From: Alistipes sp. | Lineage (GTDB): Bacteria > Bacteroidota > Bacteroidia > Bacteroidales > Rikenellaceae | Direction: 5' to 3' | NCBI GenBank assembly: GCA_029059935.1 | Contig: JAIDUZ010000070.1 | Coordinates: 1,419-65,418, forward strand | Length of the DNA: 64,000 nucleotides | In this document: in pieces, positions 48,487 through 56,912 of the stretch | Layout: the number at the start of each line of letters is the position of its first letter | Numbering within the stretch: position 1 is the first letter of the stretch | The notes under the pieces: generated by a model | The model's input: only the letters and a program-made list of their open reading frames with translations | The model's database searches: none | What the model was told of the DNA's origin: nothing | Program-made: the position numbers and the translations under genes

Positions 48487-49479
48487 ATGAATTTCCATAA
48501 TCCGCATTTGCTCTGGCTGCTGGTTCTGCTGCTGCCGCTGGCGGGCCACTATGTGTGGCGGACGCTGCGGGGCGGAGCGGCCATCCGCATCTCCTCGGTC
48601 GACGGACTGGCCGATGCGCCGAAGACCTTGCGCCGCTACCTGCGCCACCTGCCCTTCGCCCTGCGGACAACGGCCCTGGGACTCCTTATCGTGGCCCTGG
48701 CGCGGCCCCAGGCCATCGAAGAATACAGCAACACCTCGGCCGAAGGCATCGACATCGTACTGGCTCTGGACGTCTCCACCTCGATGCTGGCCCGCGACTT
48801 CAAACCCGACCGCATCACGGCGGGCAAGGAAGTGGCCGGAGCGTTCATCGCCGACCGCACGGGCGACCGCATCGGCCTGGTGGCCTTTGCCGGCGAAGCC
48901 TACACCCAAAGTCCGCTGACGACCGACCAGGGGACCCTGCAAACCATGCTCCAACGCATCCGCTGCGGCGTTATCGAAGACGGCACGGCCATCGGCCACG
49001 GCCTGGCCACGGCCATCAACCGCCTGCGCGAAAGCGAAGCCAAGTCGAAGGTAATCATCCTGCTGACCGACGGTGTCAACAACCGCGGCGAAATGGCCCC
49101 GCTCATGGCTGCCGAAATCGCCAGGACACAAGGCATCCGAGTCTACACCATCGGCGTAGGCACGCAAGGCATGGCCCCCTACCCTGCCTACGACATCTAC
49201 GGCACACCCGTGGGCGGCACCGTGATGATGAAGGTGGAGATCGACGAAAAGACCCTGCGCTCGATTGCCGAAACCACCGGCGGCCGCTACTTCCGGGCCA
49301 CCGACAAAGACAAGTTGAAAGCCATCTACGACGAAATCAACCGGCTGGAAAAGAGCAAGGTGGAAGTGACGGAGCATGTATCCTACCACGAACTTTTCCT
49401 CGCCTGGCTGCTGTGGGGCATCGGGCTGCTGACCGCCGAATTCCTCGTCGCGACGCTTCTTCTCAAACGCATTCCCTGA
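48487..49479 (+). CDS. batA: VWA domain protein BatA
   Basis: IVALARPQ, DVSTSM (MIDAS), GTAIG.GL, ILLTDGVNN, YTIGVG, TGGRYFRA. Confidence 0.93.
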   Translation: MNFHNPHLLWLLVLLLPLAGHYVWRTLRGGAAIRISSVDGLADAPKTLRRYLRHLPFALRTTALGLLIVALARPQAIEEYSNTSAEGIDIVLALDVSTSMLARDFKPDRITAGKEVAGAFIADRTGDRIGLVAFAGEAYTQSPLTTDQGTLQTMLQRIRCGVIEDGTAIGHGLATAINRLRESEAKSKVIILLTDGVNNRGEMAPLMAAEIARTQGIRVYTIGVGTQGMAPYPAYDIYGTPVGGTVMMKVEIDEKTLRSIAETTGGRYFRATDKDKLKAIYDEINRLEKSKVEVTEHVSYHELFLAWLLWGIGLLTAEFLVATLLLKRIP

Positions 49480-49483
49480 CACC

Positions 49484-50509
49484 ATGTTCCGATTCGCCAA
49501 TCCCCAATATCTGTGGCTGCTGGCCGCCGTTCCGGCCTTCGCAGCGCTCTTCGCCGCGGCGGCGGTCATGCGGCGCCGGCGTCTGGCCCGCTTCGGCTGC
49601 GCGGAGACCCTGCGCGAACTGATGCCCGACGTGTCGACCGGCCGCACGACCATGAAATTCATTGTTTTCTGCACGGCATACGCCCTGCTGGCGCTGGCCG
49701 CCGCACGGCCGCAGTTCGGCTCGAAGCTCCGCGAAGAGAAGGCGCAGGGCATCGAAATGATAATTGCCGTCGACGTGTCGAACTCGATGCTGGCCGAAGA
49801 TTTCGAACCCAACCGCCTGGAACGCACCAAATATGCCGTAGACAAACTTTTCGACGGCCTGCGCAACGACCGTGTGGGACTGGTGGTCTTCGCCGGCGAA
49901 CCCAAGGTGCAGCTGCCCGTGACCTCGGACTACCGCATGGCCAAGGCCTTCGCGCGCCGCATCGACCCCTCGCTGGTGTCGGTGCAGGGCACGGCCGTGG
50001 GCAAGGCGCTGAAACAGTCGCTGCTGGCCTTTTCGGGCAGCACCGAAGAGACGCGCAGCCGGGCGATCGTGCTGATAACGGACGGTGAGAACCACGAAGA
50101 CGACGCCCTGGCCGTGGCCGAACGTGCGGCGGCGCAAGGCGTGCGCATCTACACCATCGGCATCGGCACGCCCGAAGGAGCTCCGATCCGCATCGACGGC
50201 GACTTCATCCGCGACGAAAAAGGCGACATGGCGGTCTCGAAACTCAACGAAGAGATGCTTGCGCGGATTGCCGACATCACGGGCGGCGCCTATGTTCGCG
50301 CGACGAAGCAATCGCTCGGGCTGGACGAGATAGTGAAGAGCATCAACGAACTGGAACAGAGCGAACTGGCCACCGTACGCTTCGAAGAATACAACGAACG
50401 CTACCAATACTTGCTGGCTGCCGCGCTGCTGCTGCTCTGCATCGAAATGCTGCTGCTCGACCGCCGCAACCCTCTGCTGGCGAGGTTCAATATCTTCAAT
50501 GAAAAATGA
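49484..50509 (+). CDS. batB: VWA domain protein BatB
   Basis: ARPQFG, DVSNSMLAED..PNRLE, QGTA, ITDGENHE, SKLNE. Confidence 0.93.
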   Translation: MFRFANPQYLWLLAAVPAFAALFAAAAVMRRRRLARFGCAETLRELMPDVSTGRTTMKFIVFCTAYALLALAAARPQFGSKLREEKAQGIEMIIAVDVSNSMLAEDFEPNRLERTKYAVDKLFDGLRNDRVGLVVFAGEPKVQLPVTSDYRMAKAFARRIDPSLVSVQGTAVGKALKQSLLAFSGSTEETRSRAIVLITDGENHEDDALAVAERAAAQGVRIYTIGIGTPEGAPIRIDGDFIRDEKGDMAVSKLNEEMLARIADITGGAYVRATKQSLGLDEIVKSINELEQSELATVRFEEYNERYQYLLAAALLLLCIEMLLLDRRNPLLARFNIFNEK

Positions 50510-50616
50510 TTTTCTCTGGGAGGGGCGGGCCTGCAAACTCTTTCCGAAACCCGGCTGGCGCCGGGCGTGCCCCGCAGGCTGCGGCCGTTTCCACAACACG
50601 AAAGTGCATAATCCCG

Positions 50617-50657
50617 ATTTTTAATTCTTAATTTTTCATTTTTAATTCTTAATTTTG
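50617..50657 (+). repeat. Heptamer tandem repeat ending in the -7 box of rnpB
   Basis: TTTTTAA TTCTTAA TTTTTCA TTTTTAA TTCTTAA TTTTG; TAATTTTG at 50650-50657. Confidence 0.7.
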
Positions 50658-50661
50658 CAGG

Positions 50662-51019
50662 GCAGGCCCGCTCTGTCGCCGCCGGGAAACCGGGGGAGGA
50701 AAGTCCGGGCAACGCAGAGCGCCGCGCAAGCTAACGACTTGATACCCGTGAGGGTATGGGAGCGTAACAGAGAACGACCGCCCGCCGGCTCCGGCCGACG
50801 GGTAAGGGTGAAAAGGCGGGGTAAGAGCCCACCGCGGGGGCAGCGATGCCGCCCGGCCGTACGTCCCGCGGGTTGCAAGACCGTGTATACCGGCAAACGA
50901 GGGTTGCTCGCCCGATGCCGGGGGGTAGGTTGCTGGAGGCGGCGGGTGACCGCCGTCGTAGATAAATGACAGAGACCCGGGCTCCGGCCCGGGCACAGAA
51001 CCCGGCTTACAGGGCCTGC
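50662..51019 (+). ncRNA. rnpB: RNase P RNA, type A
   Basis: GAGGAAAGTCCGGGC, GGGTGAAAAGGCGGGGTAAGAGCCCACC, AGATAAATG, ACAGAACCCGGCTTA; P1 GCAGGCCC/GGGCCTGC. Confidence 0.98.
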
Positions 51020-51024
51020 AAAGA

Positions 51025-51063
51025 AAATGCGGCCGTTGCATCAGCAACGGCCGCATTTCGTTT
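51025..51063. terminator. Terminator after rnpB
   Basis: AAATGCGGCCGTTG-CATCAG-CAACGGCCGCATTT. Confidence 0.85.
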
Positions 51064-51108
51064 GACGACGCCCCTCGGGAAAACGGCCCCGAGAACCGCA
51101 TGCAAAGA

Positions 51109-51690
51109 CTATCTCCGCAACCGGACGAAGAACAAGGCGCAGAGCACGAACCCGGCGACGAACCACCACCGGCCGGCGAAGCGGGAAGGAGCGGCAGCGG
51201 TTTCGGCGACGGCCGAAGCGCAGCAAAGCGAATCGACGGCGACGGAGCGATGCTCGGCGGTGCGGACAGTGACCGTATCGCTGCGACGGACCGTCTCGGT
51301 GCGCGAAGAACGGAGGGTCTTCCGGGCCAGGCTGTCGCTGCGGGCCCCGAGCACCAGCCGGTCGCCCCGCCGCTCGGCCGACAATTCCAAACGCCCCTCG
51401 TGCACGGCGAAACGCACCCCCTCGGGCAACGAATCAAATGCCGACAACGGCACCTCCATGGCGACCGACGCGGCCGGCACGGGGTCGAAAAAAGTTTCCG
51501 TCTCCTGCCGCACGACTGCCTCCCATGTCGCCCGGTCGCACACCCGGGTCAGGCAATCGGTCTCGACGCACCGCGATACGGAACTCCGCTCCGACGACGA
51601 CCGCACGCTGCTCCGCGATGCGGCGCATGAAACGGCCGAAGCGGCCAACAGACCGGCGACCGCCAACCGGACAAGACAAATTTTTCTCAT
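51109..51690 (-). CDS. Hypothetical lipoprotein with a C-terminal TM (spanin-like topology)
   Basis: Lipobox AVSC; C-terminal WWFVAGFVLCALFFVRLRR; start overlaps the upstream stop. Confidence 0.55.
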   Translation of the reverse strand: MRKICLVRLAVAGLLAASAVSCAASRSSVRSSSERSSVSRCVETDCLTRVCDRATWEAVVRQETETFFDPVPAASVAMEVPLSAFDSLPEGVRFAVHEGRLELSAERRGDRLVLGARSDSLARKTLRSSRTETVRRSDTVTVRTAEHRSVAVDSLCCASAVAETAAAPSRFAGRWWFVAGFVLCALFFVRLRR

Positions 51691-51986
51691 GCTTTTTCGT
51701 TTTTGAGATTCCGGCGCAGACTTTCGACCTCGCGCGTCAATCGGTCGACCTTGGCCAGCAACACCTGCTGCGACACCTGCCAGTCGGCTTTCTCCTGCCG
51801 CAGCGAAACATTCTCCTGCAACACCTGGTTGTACTTCTCGCTCAACAGGTCGATCGAACGCTGCATCTCGGCAAGAAAGTCGTTGTTGCGCTTGCGGCGG
51901 CCGACCGCCCAACTGACGGTCGCACCCAGAAAGCCGCTCGGCAGGGCGAAAGCGCACAGCTCGCCCAACCATGAAAATTCGGTCAT
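51687..51986 (-). CDS. Small N-terminal TM + coiled-coil protein (phage holin-like)
   Basis: ALPSGFLGATVSWAVGRRKRNNDFL followed by heptad-rich LQENVSLRQEK...VDRLTREVESLRR. Confidence 0.6.
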   Translation of the reverse strand: MTEFSWLGELCAFALPSGFLGATVSWAVGRRKRNNDFLAEMQRSIDLLSEKYNQVLQENVSLRQEKADWQVSQQVLLAKVDRLTREVESLRRNLKNEKA

Positions 51987-52144
51987 AGCTAAAAAAGTTT
52001 GGGAATGAGATTCGGCCGGGAACAACCGGCATCCGACCATCCGGCGGTCCGCGCGAAACACGCCCGGCCCGACCGCCGGAGACGAGGCGGGACAACCGAG
52101 AAAGAGAGAAAAGAGAGGAGGAAGAAACGGACCCGGAGACGCCG

Positions 52145-52429
52145 CTACCTCGACCAGTCGAAACCCGGATAGAGACGCCGCAGCTGGCGGCAGGAAATGC
52201 GGCTGCGGATCAGTTCGGTCAGGTAGTCGTTCTGTCCGGCGATGGCATTGACAATGGTGCGCTCCTCGACGAAGAACTCGTTGTCGCACAACAGCCGCAG
52301 CACGTCGTCCTCGCGACGGCGGTGCAGCTCGGTCCAATAATAATAACGGGCGGCGACGACCCGGTTGCGCTTGCGGAGCCGCTCGCGGCACGGCGAAACG
52401 ACCCGGCGGGGCTGGGAAGAAACAGGCAT
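52145..52429 (-). CDS. Small phage-like hypothetical protein
   Basis: RNRVVAARYYYWTELHRRREDDVLRLL.DNEFFVEERTI...YPGFDW resembles Bacteroidales prophage small proteins (from recall, unverified). Confidence 0.6.
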   Translation of the reverse strand: MPVSSQPRRVVSPCRERLRKRNRVVAARYYYWTELHRRREDDVLRLLCDNEFFVEERTIVNAIAGQNDYLTELIRSRISCRQLRRLYPGFDWSR

Positions 52430-52846
52430 GGAGAACGGATGAAAGAATTCAGGACTTATCAGCAAAATACCCCTCTGTCGATTCTCTATTCGGACTATCG
52501 TTCGGAGCGGTTTATGATTGTCATCGGACCGCAGCCTGCGGGGCACGCCCGGCGCCAGCCGGACGGTTGCGGGCCTTCGCCGGAGGAGGTTGCGGCCCGC
52601 ACAGCTCCGAGAGCCGCTGAAAACGACAGAGGAACATTTTACGGACAAGCATGAAGAATGTTCCGGTTCCGCTGCGGCAGCGGCGCACCCGAAAAAAGAG
52701 GAAGAGAGCGATTCTGCCGGAAGAACTCCGGCCACAAGAATGGAAAACGGGCGAACGCCCGTACAAATATAATATCGCGAAAGGGCCCTTGTCAAGAAAA
52801 ACCCCCGAAAAATTTTTCGGGGGCTGACGCAGAGCGAATTATGACG

Positions 52847-53539
52847 CTATTTTCCGGCGGACCTCTTTTTCGGTCGTCCGCTGCCGGTCCGCGGCGTCTT
52901 TCCGGCGGAAGAAGCGGAAGAGACGGAGTGCTTCGCCGGTGCCCCGGAAGCCGCCTTCGAAACCGCCTTCGCCGCAGGCTTCTTGCGCACCGACCAACCG
53001 AAATGGCCGAGGGCCCGGCCCAACGCGAAATATTCGCCGTGGGAATAGACGATCGGGCAGGCGCGCTCCAGGCAGAACTTCCCGCTGTCGGGGTCGATGA
53101 ACTCGGCATCGACCTGCACGCCCACCACCTCGGCGATGAACATGTCGTGCGACCCGAGGGGCACGACCTGCCGCACGCGGCACTCGATGTTGACGGGCGA
53201 CTCGACGATGATGGGCGCCGCGACATGCAGCGCCGGGCCGGGCGTCAGCCCCATCTCGCGGAACTTGTCGAAATCGCGGCCCGAACGCACGCCGCACCAG
53301 TCGGCGGCCCGCGCCAGCGACTCGGTGGTGAGATTGATGACGAACTCGCCCGTACGGCGGATGATGTCGTAGGAGTGGCGCGACGGCCGGATGGAGACGG
53401 AGCACATCGGAGGCTCGGAGCAGACGGTTCCGGTCCACGCCACGGTGAGCATGTTGTACTCTTCGGGCGCGGCGCCGCAACTGACCAGCACGGCCGGCAG
53501 GGGATAGAGCACCGTGCCGGGTTTCCAGGATTCTTTCAT
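52847..53539 (-). CDS. Flavin reductase family protein
   Basis: YPLPAVLVSC, VAWTGTVCSEPP, EFVINL, GVRSGRD.DKF, ESPVNIEC, GSHDMF. Confidence 0.92.
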   Translation of the reverse strand: MKESWKPGTVLYPLPAVLVSCGAAPEEYNMLTVAWTGTVCSEPPMCSVSIRPSRHSYDIIRRTGEFVINLTTESLARAADWCGVRSGRDFDKFREMGLTPGPALHVAAPIIVESPVNIECRVRQVVPLGSHDMFIAEVVGVQVDAEFIDPDSGKFCLERACPIVYSHGEYFALGRALGHFGWSVRKKPAAKAVSKAASGAPAKHSVSSASSAGKTPRTGSGRPKKRSAGK

Positions 53540-53683
53540 CGCAAAAAAGACAATTCGGGCCGCGAACGATGCCCAACGCCCCCGGACCATGCTGAAAGGC
53601 CGGCCGAGAGGATGTCGGACGCTGCCGCGGCGAAATTCGGTTTGCGTAAAGGTAACGATTTTTTCCTATATTTAACTTTGTTG

Positions 53684-53748
53684 AAGATACTTCGCCTCGG
53701 TAATGCACAAATAAATTTGGCATTACGCTCGGCTTATCCGTATATTTG
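53684..53748 (+). repeat. Single copy of the palindromic repeat family, ending in a TAnnTTTG box upstream of xerC
   Basis: AAGATACTTCGCCTCGGTAATGCACAAATAAATTTGGCATTACGCTCGGCTTATCCGTATATTTG, near-identical to 11552-11608. Confidence 0.9.
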
Positions 53749-53818
53749 TATCGGAGTCCGTTCGCCGGCGTGAAAGCCCGAGCCGCACGGAGCGAACAAG
53801 GGACTGCCCGCCAACACC

Positions 53819-54721
53819 ATGCTTGCCGAATTCATCCGCTACCTGGAAGCCGAACGCCGCTACTCGCCCCTCACGGTGCGCAACTACCGCCGCGATGTGG
53901 AGGGGTTTCTGGCGTGGCTCGGGACGGACGATGCGCACTTGGACCCGCGGGAAGTGACGACGGCCCAGGTGCGCGAATGGATGATCGACCGCACGGAAAA
54001 GGGCCGCATCGGCGCCGCGACGCTGAACCGCGAACTGTCGTCGCTGCGCACGCTGTTCCGCTGGCTCCAGCGCACGGGCGCAGTGGAAAAGAACGCACTG
54101 CAACCGCTCTCCTCGCTGAAGGCCCCGCACCGGCTGCCGGCCTTCGTACCCGAGAGCCGCATGGCCCCGCTGGTGACCGAATGCGAAGAGGAGCAAGACG
54201 AATTCACGGTCGAACGCAACTCGCTGGCCGTACTGCTTTTCTACACCTGCGGACTGCGGCTGGCCGAACTGGTGGGCATCGACCGCGGCGACCTGTCGGA
54301 CGACTGCGCCTCGCTGCGCATACGCGGCAAGGGCGACAAAGAGAGACTGGTACCCGTACTGGCGGAAGTACGCGAAAAGATTCTGCACTATCTGGAACTG
54401 ATCGAGCGGCAGAAAATTTGCAATTCCGAAGAAAAAGCACTATTTTTAACACACCGAGGCAGACGCATCTCCCGCACGACGGTCTACCGGCTGGTCCGGG
54501 ACTGCTTGACCCGCGCAGGCGTTCAAGGCAAGAAGAGTCCCCACGTGCTGCGGCACACCTTCGCCACGCATCTGATGAACGGCGGCGCCGACATGCGCGA
54601 AATCCAGGAACTGCTGGGACACGCATCGCTGCAAGCCACGCAGGTCTACACCCACAACAGCATCGCCCGTCTCAAGGAGGTCTATGCCAGAGCCCATCCC
54701 CGGGAGAAGAAGGGGGAGTGA
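53819..54721 (+). CDS. xerC: Tyrosine recombinase XerC
   Basis: YLEAERRYSPLTV..Y, CGLRLAEL, GKGDKER, SPHVLRHTFATH, LLGHASL..TQVYTH; linked to hpf. Confidence 0.88.
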   Translation: MLAEFIRYLEAERRYSPLTVRNYRRDVEGFLAWLGTDDAHLDPREVTTAQVREWMIDRTEKGRIGAATLNRELSSLRTLFRWLQRTGAVEKNALQPLSSLKAPHRLPAFVPESRMAPLVTECEEEQDEFTVERNSLAVLLFYTCGLRLAELVGIDRGDLSDDCASLRIRGKGDKERLVPVLAEVREKILHYLELIERQKICNSEEKALFLTHRGRRISRTTVYRLVRDCLTRAGVQGKKSPHVLRHTFATHLMNGGADMREIQELLGHASLQATQVYTHNSIARLKEVYARAHPREKKGE

Positions 54722-54745
54722 ACAACCTAATTAAATCGCAAGGCT

Positions 54746-55051
54746 ATGAACGTGCAGATTCAATCCGTAAAATTCGACGCCGACAAGCGGCTGGTCGAAT
54801 TCGTGAATGCCAAGATGGCGAAGCTGGACCGCTTCGCGGAACGCTCGACGGGAGCCGACGTCATCCTCAAGCTCGATAAGGACCACGAAAAAGGCAACAA
54901 AATCGCCACCATCACGCTCCGCATGCCCGGCGAAGACCTGGTCGCCTCGCACCAGGCCAAGACCTTCGAGGAGGCGGTCGACGAAGCCATCGACGCCCTC
55001 AAACACCAGCTCGACAAGTTCAAGGCCAAGGTCGAAAAGGCTGAGAAATAG
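54746..55051 (+). CDS. hpf: Ribosome hibernation factor (HPF/RaiA)
   Basis: IQSVKFDAD..L..F...K..KL, TFEEAVD.A...LK.QL.K.K. Confidence 0.92.
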   Translation: MNVQIQSVKFDADKRLVEFVNAKMAKLDRFAERSTGADVILKLDKDHEKGNKIATITLRMPGEDLVASHQAKTFEEAVDEAIDALKHQLDKFKAKVEKAEK

Positions 55052-55070
55052 TTGGGCCAGTCCCCATACG

Positions 55071-55101
55071 AATGCCGCCCCGGAAAGAGGCGGCATTTTT
55101 T
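55071..55101 (+). terminator. Terminator after hpf
   Basis: AATGCCGCC-loop-GGCGGCATT-TTTT. Confidence 0.75.
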
Positions 55102-55167
55102 ACGGCCGAAATCCGCTGACAACCATAAAAAACCGCGAGCAAAGAGATTGCTCGCGGTTTCACCCAG

Positions 55168-55238
55168 AGGTCTGAAGCGGATTCGAACCGCTGTACAAGG
55201 TTTTGCAGACCTTTGCCTAACCACTCGGCCATCAGACC
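55168..55238 (-). tRNA. tRNA-Cys(GCA)
   Basis: GGTCTGATGGCCGAGTGGTTAGGCAAAGGTCT-GCA-AAACCTTGTACAGCGGTTCGAATCCGCTTCAGACCT; U discriminator; CCA not encoded; terminator at 55128-55160. Confidence 0.97.
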
Positions 55239-55654
55239 AAAAATATCCGACGCAGAAACGGACGGAAGAAAGACTTGCGCCCCACCCCGGCTGAACGACC
55301 GGCCCGAAAACCCGGGCACGCTCCGTCTACCGTATCGGGAGTGCAAATATACGAACAATTCTGCAAAAAGCAAAACTTTCGCGAAAAAGGGGAAATATAT
55401 TTTCGGAACCGGCACAAATGGAGTACCTTTACGAAAAAGAAGCGCCGCAGCAGAAACAGAAACAGCCCCCAAACGAAACCGAACGAACCGGCCACAGGCC
55501 GGAACGCAAAAGAAACGGCCAGCATACCGAAGCAACCGACGGCCCGACCCGATGGAGACCGGCCGCAGGTCGGACCGAAAAATCCAGTCGGACGACCCTG
55601 CCGGCAAACGGACCGAAATCACTGCCACGAAAGAACCCGCAACGAAAACACGCC

Positions 55655-56755
55655 ATGACCCTCGAAGACATCGCTCTGCAAATGACCCCGGGAATCGGGG
55701 TGAAGGGAGCCGTGCATCTGCTGGAATGCTTCGGGACGGCGGAGCGGATTTTCGAAGCGACGGAAGCGGAGCTGACAGGCCGGGCGGAGCTGCGGCCCGA
55801 CCTGGCGCGGCAAATCGTGCGGCGCACGGGATTCGCCGCGGCGGAAAAAGAGGTGAAATATTGTCGGAAACATGACATCAAGGCCATCGCCTCGACCGAC
55901 CCCGACTACCCGGCCCTGCTGCGCGAAATCCCGGACTACCCCCATGTTCTCTATGTGAAAGGCGACCCGCAGGCCCTCGCGGCGCGTACGCTCTCGATTG
56001 TCGGCACGCGGGACATGACACCCTACGGACAGAGCATGTGCCATAAACTCGTGGAACGACTGGCCGAACGGGTTCCCCGCCTGGTCGTCGTAAGCGGACT
56101 GGCCTTCGGCATCGACGCGGCCGCCCACCGTGCCGCTTTGGAATGCGCCATTCCCACCGTGGCCGTGCTGCCCTGCCCGCTGCCGGATGTGATGCCTGCC
56201 CAGCACACGGCCCTGGCCCGCGACATCCTCGACCACGGAGGCGCCCTCGTCACCGAGCTGCACAGCCAGACCCGCCAGAACGGCACCGCCTACACTGCCC
56301 GCAACCGCATCATCGCCGCGCTGAGCGCCGGGTGTCTGGTGGTCGAATCGCCCGACAACGGCGGCTCGCTCCTTACGGCCCGCTTCGCCGACGAATACAA
56401 CCGCACGGTCATGGCGCTGCCCGGGCGTGCCACCGACCGCACGGCCGCCGGCACCAACCATCTGATCCGCCACCGCAAGGCACAACTCGTGCTCTCGGCC
56501 GAAGACATCATCGTGGAGATGGGCTGGGACCTCGAAGCCGACCCCGCCGCCCTGCGGCCCCGAAGCGAAACGCCGGACCTCACGCCCGACGAAACGGCGC
56601 TGCTGGCTCTTTTCGGGTCGTCCGACCCGGTCGGCGTCGACACCTTGCAGGCCGCTACGGGATTCGACTCGGGGCGCCTGGCCACCTCGCTGCTCGGACT
56701 CGAACTGGCGGGCCTGCTGCGCCAGCTTCCCGGCAACCGGTACATGAAACCGTAG
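55655..56755 (+). CDS. dprA: DNA-processing protein DprA
   Basis: YP.LLREI.D.P, IVGTR..TPYG, VSGLAFGID..AH, ARNRIIAALS, GGSL.TA, GTN.LI. Confidence 0.95.
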   Translation: MTLEDIALQMTPGIGVKGAVHLLECFGTAERIFEATEAELTGRAELRPDLARQIVRRTGFAAAEKEVKYCRKHDIKAIASTDPDYPALLREIPDYPHVLYVKGDPQALAARTLSIVGTRDMTPYGQSMCHKLVERLAERVPRLVVVSGLAFGIDAAAHRAALECAIPTVAVLPCPLPDVMPAQHTALARDILDHGGALVTELHSQTRQNGTAYTARNRIIAALSAGCLVVESPDNGGSLLTARFADEYNRTVMALPGRATDRTAAGTNHLIRHRKAQLVLSAEDIIVEMGWDLEADPAALRPRSETPDLTPDETALLALFGSSDPVGVDTLQAATGFDSGRLATSLLGLELAGLLRQLPGNRYMKP

Positions 56756-56912
56756 CTGGCGGCACCGCGAATCCGACGGCGGAACCGGGCCCCGGAACGG
56801 AGCCCCCGCACGACCCGGACGACAGGCCGCCGCACTCCGCAGCATATTCGTCCGCACCGAGCGGCATTCGCATATTTTTCATTACATTTGTCCTGCGAAA
56901 ACACCTCCGAAG

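Noticed and set aside
52439..52654. Short ORF MKEFRTYQQN divergent from the prophage-like genes
   Set aside because: No motif, and only 9 nt separate it from the divergent start; insufficient support.
53819..54721. Mobile-element integrase next to tRNA-Cys
   Set aside because: 300 aa with no arm-binding domain, host codon usage, linked to hpf; no duplicated tRNA end seen. This is chromosomal XerC.
55240..55654. Possible sRNA or ORF between tRNA-Cys and dprA
   Set aside because: A-rich low-complexity sequence around divergent promoters; no convincing structure or coding signal.
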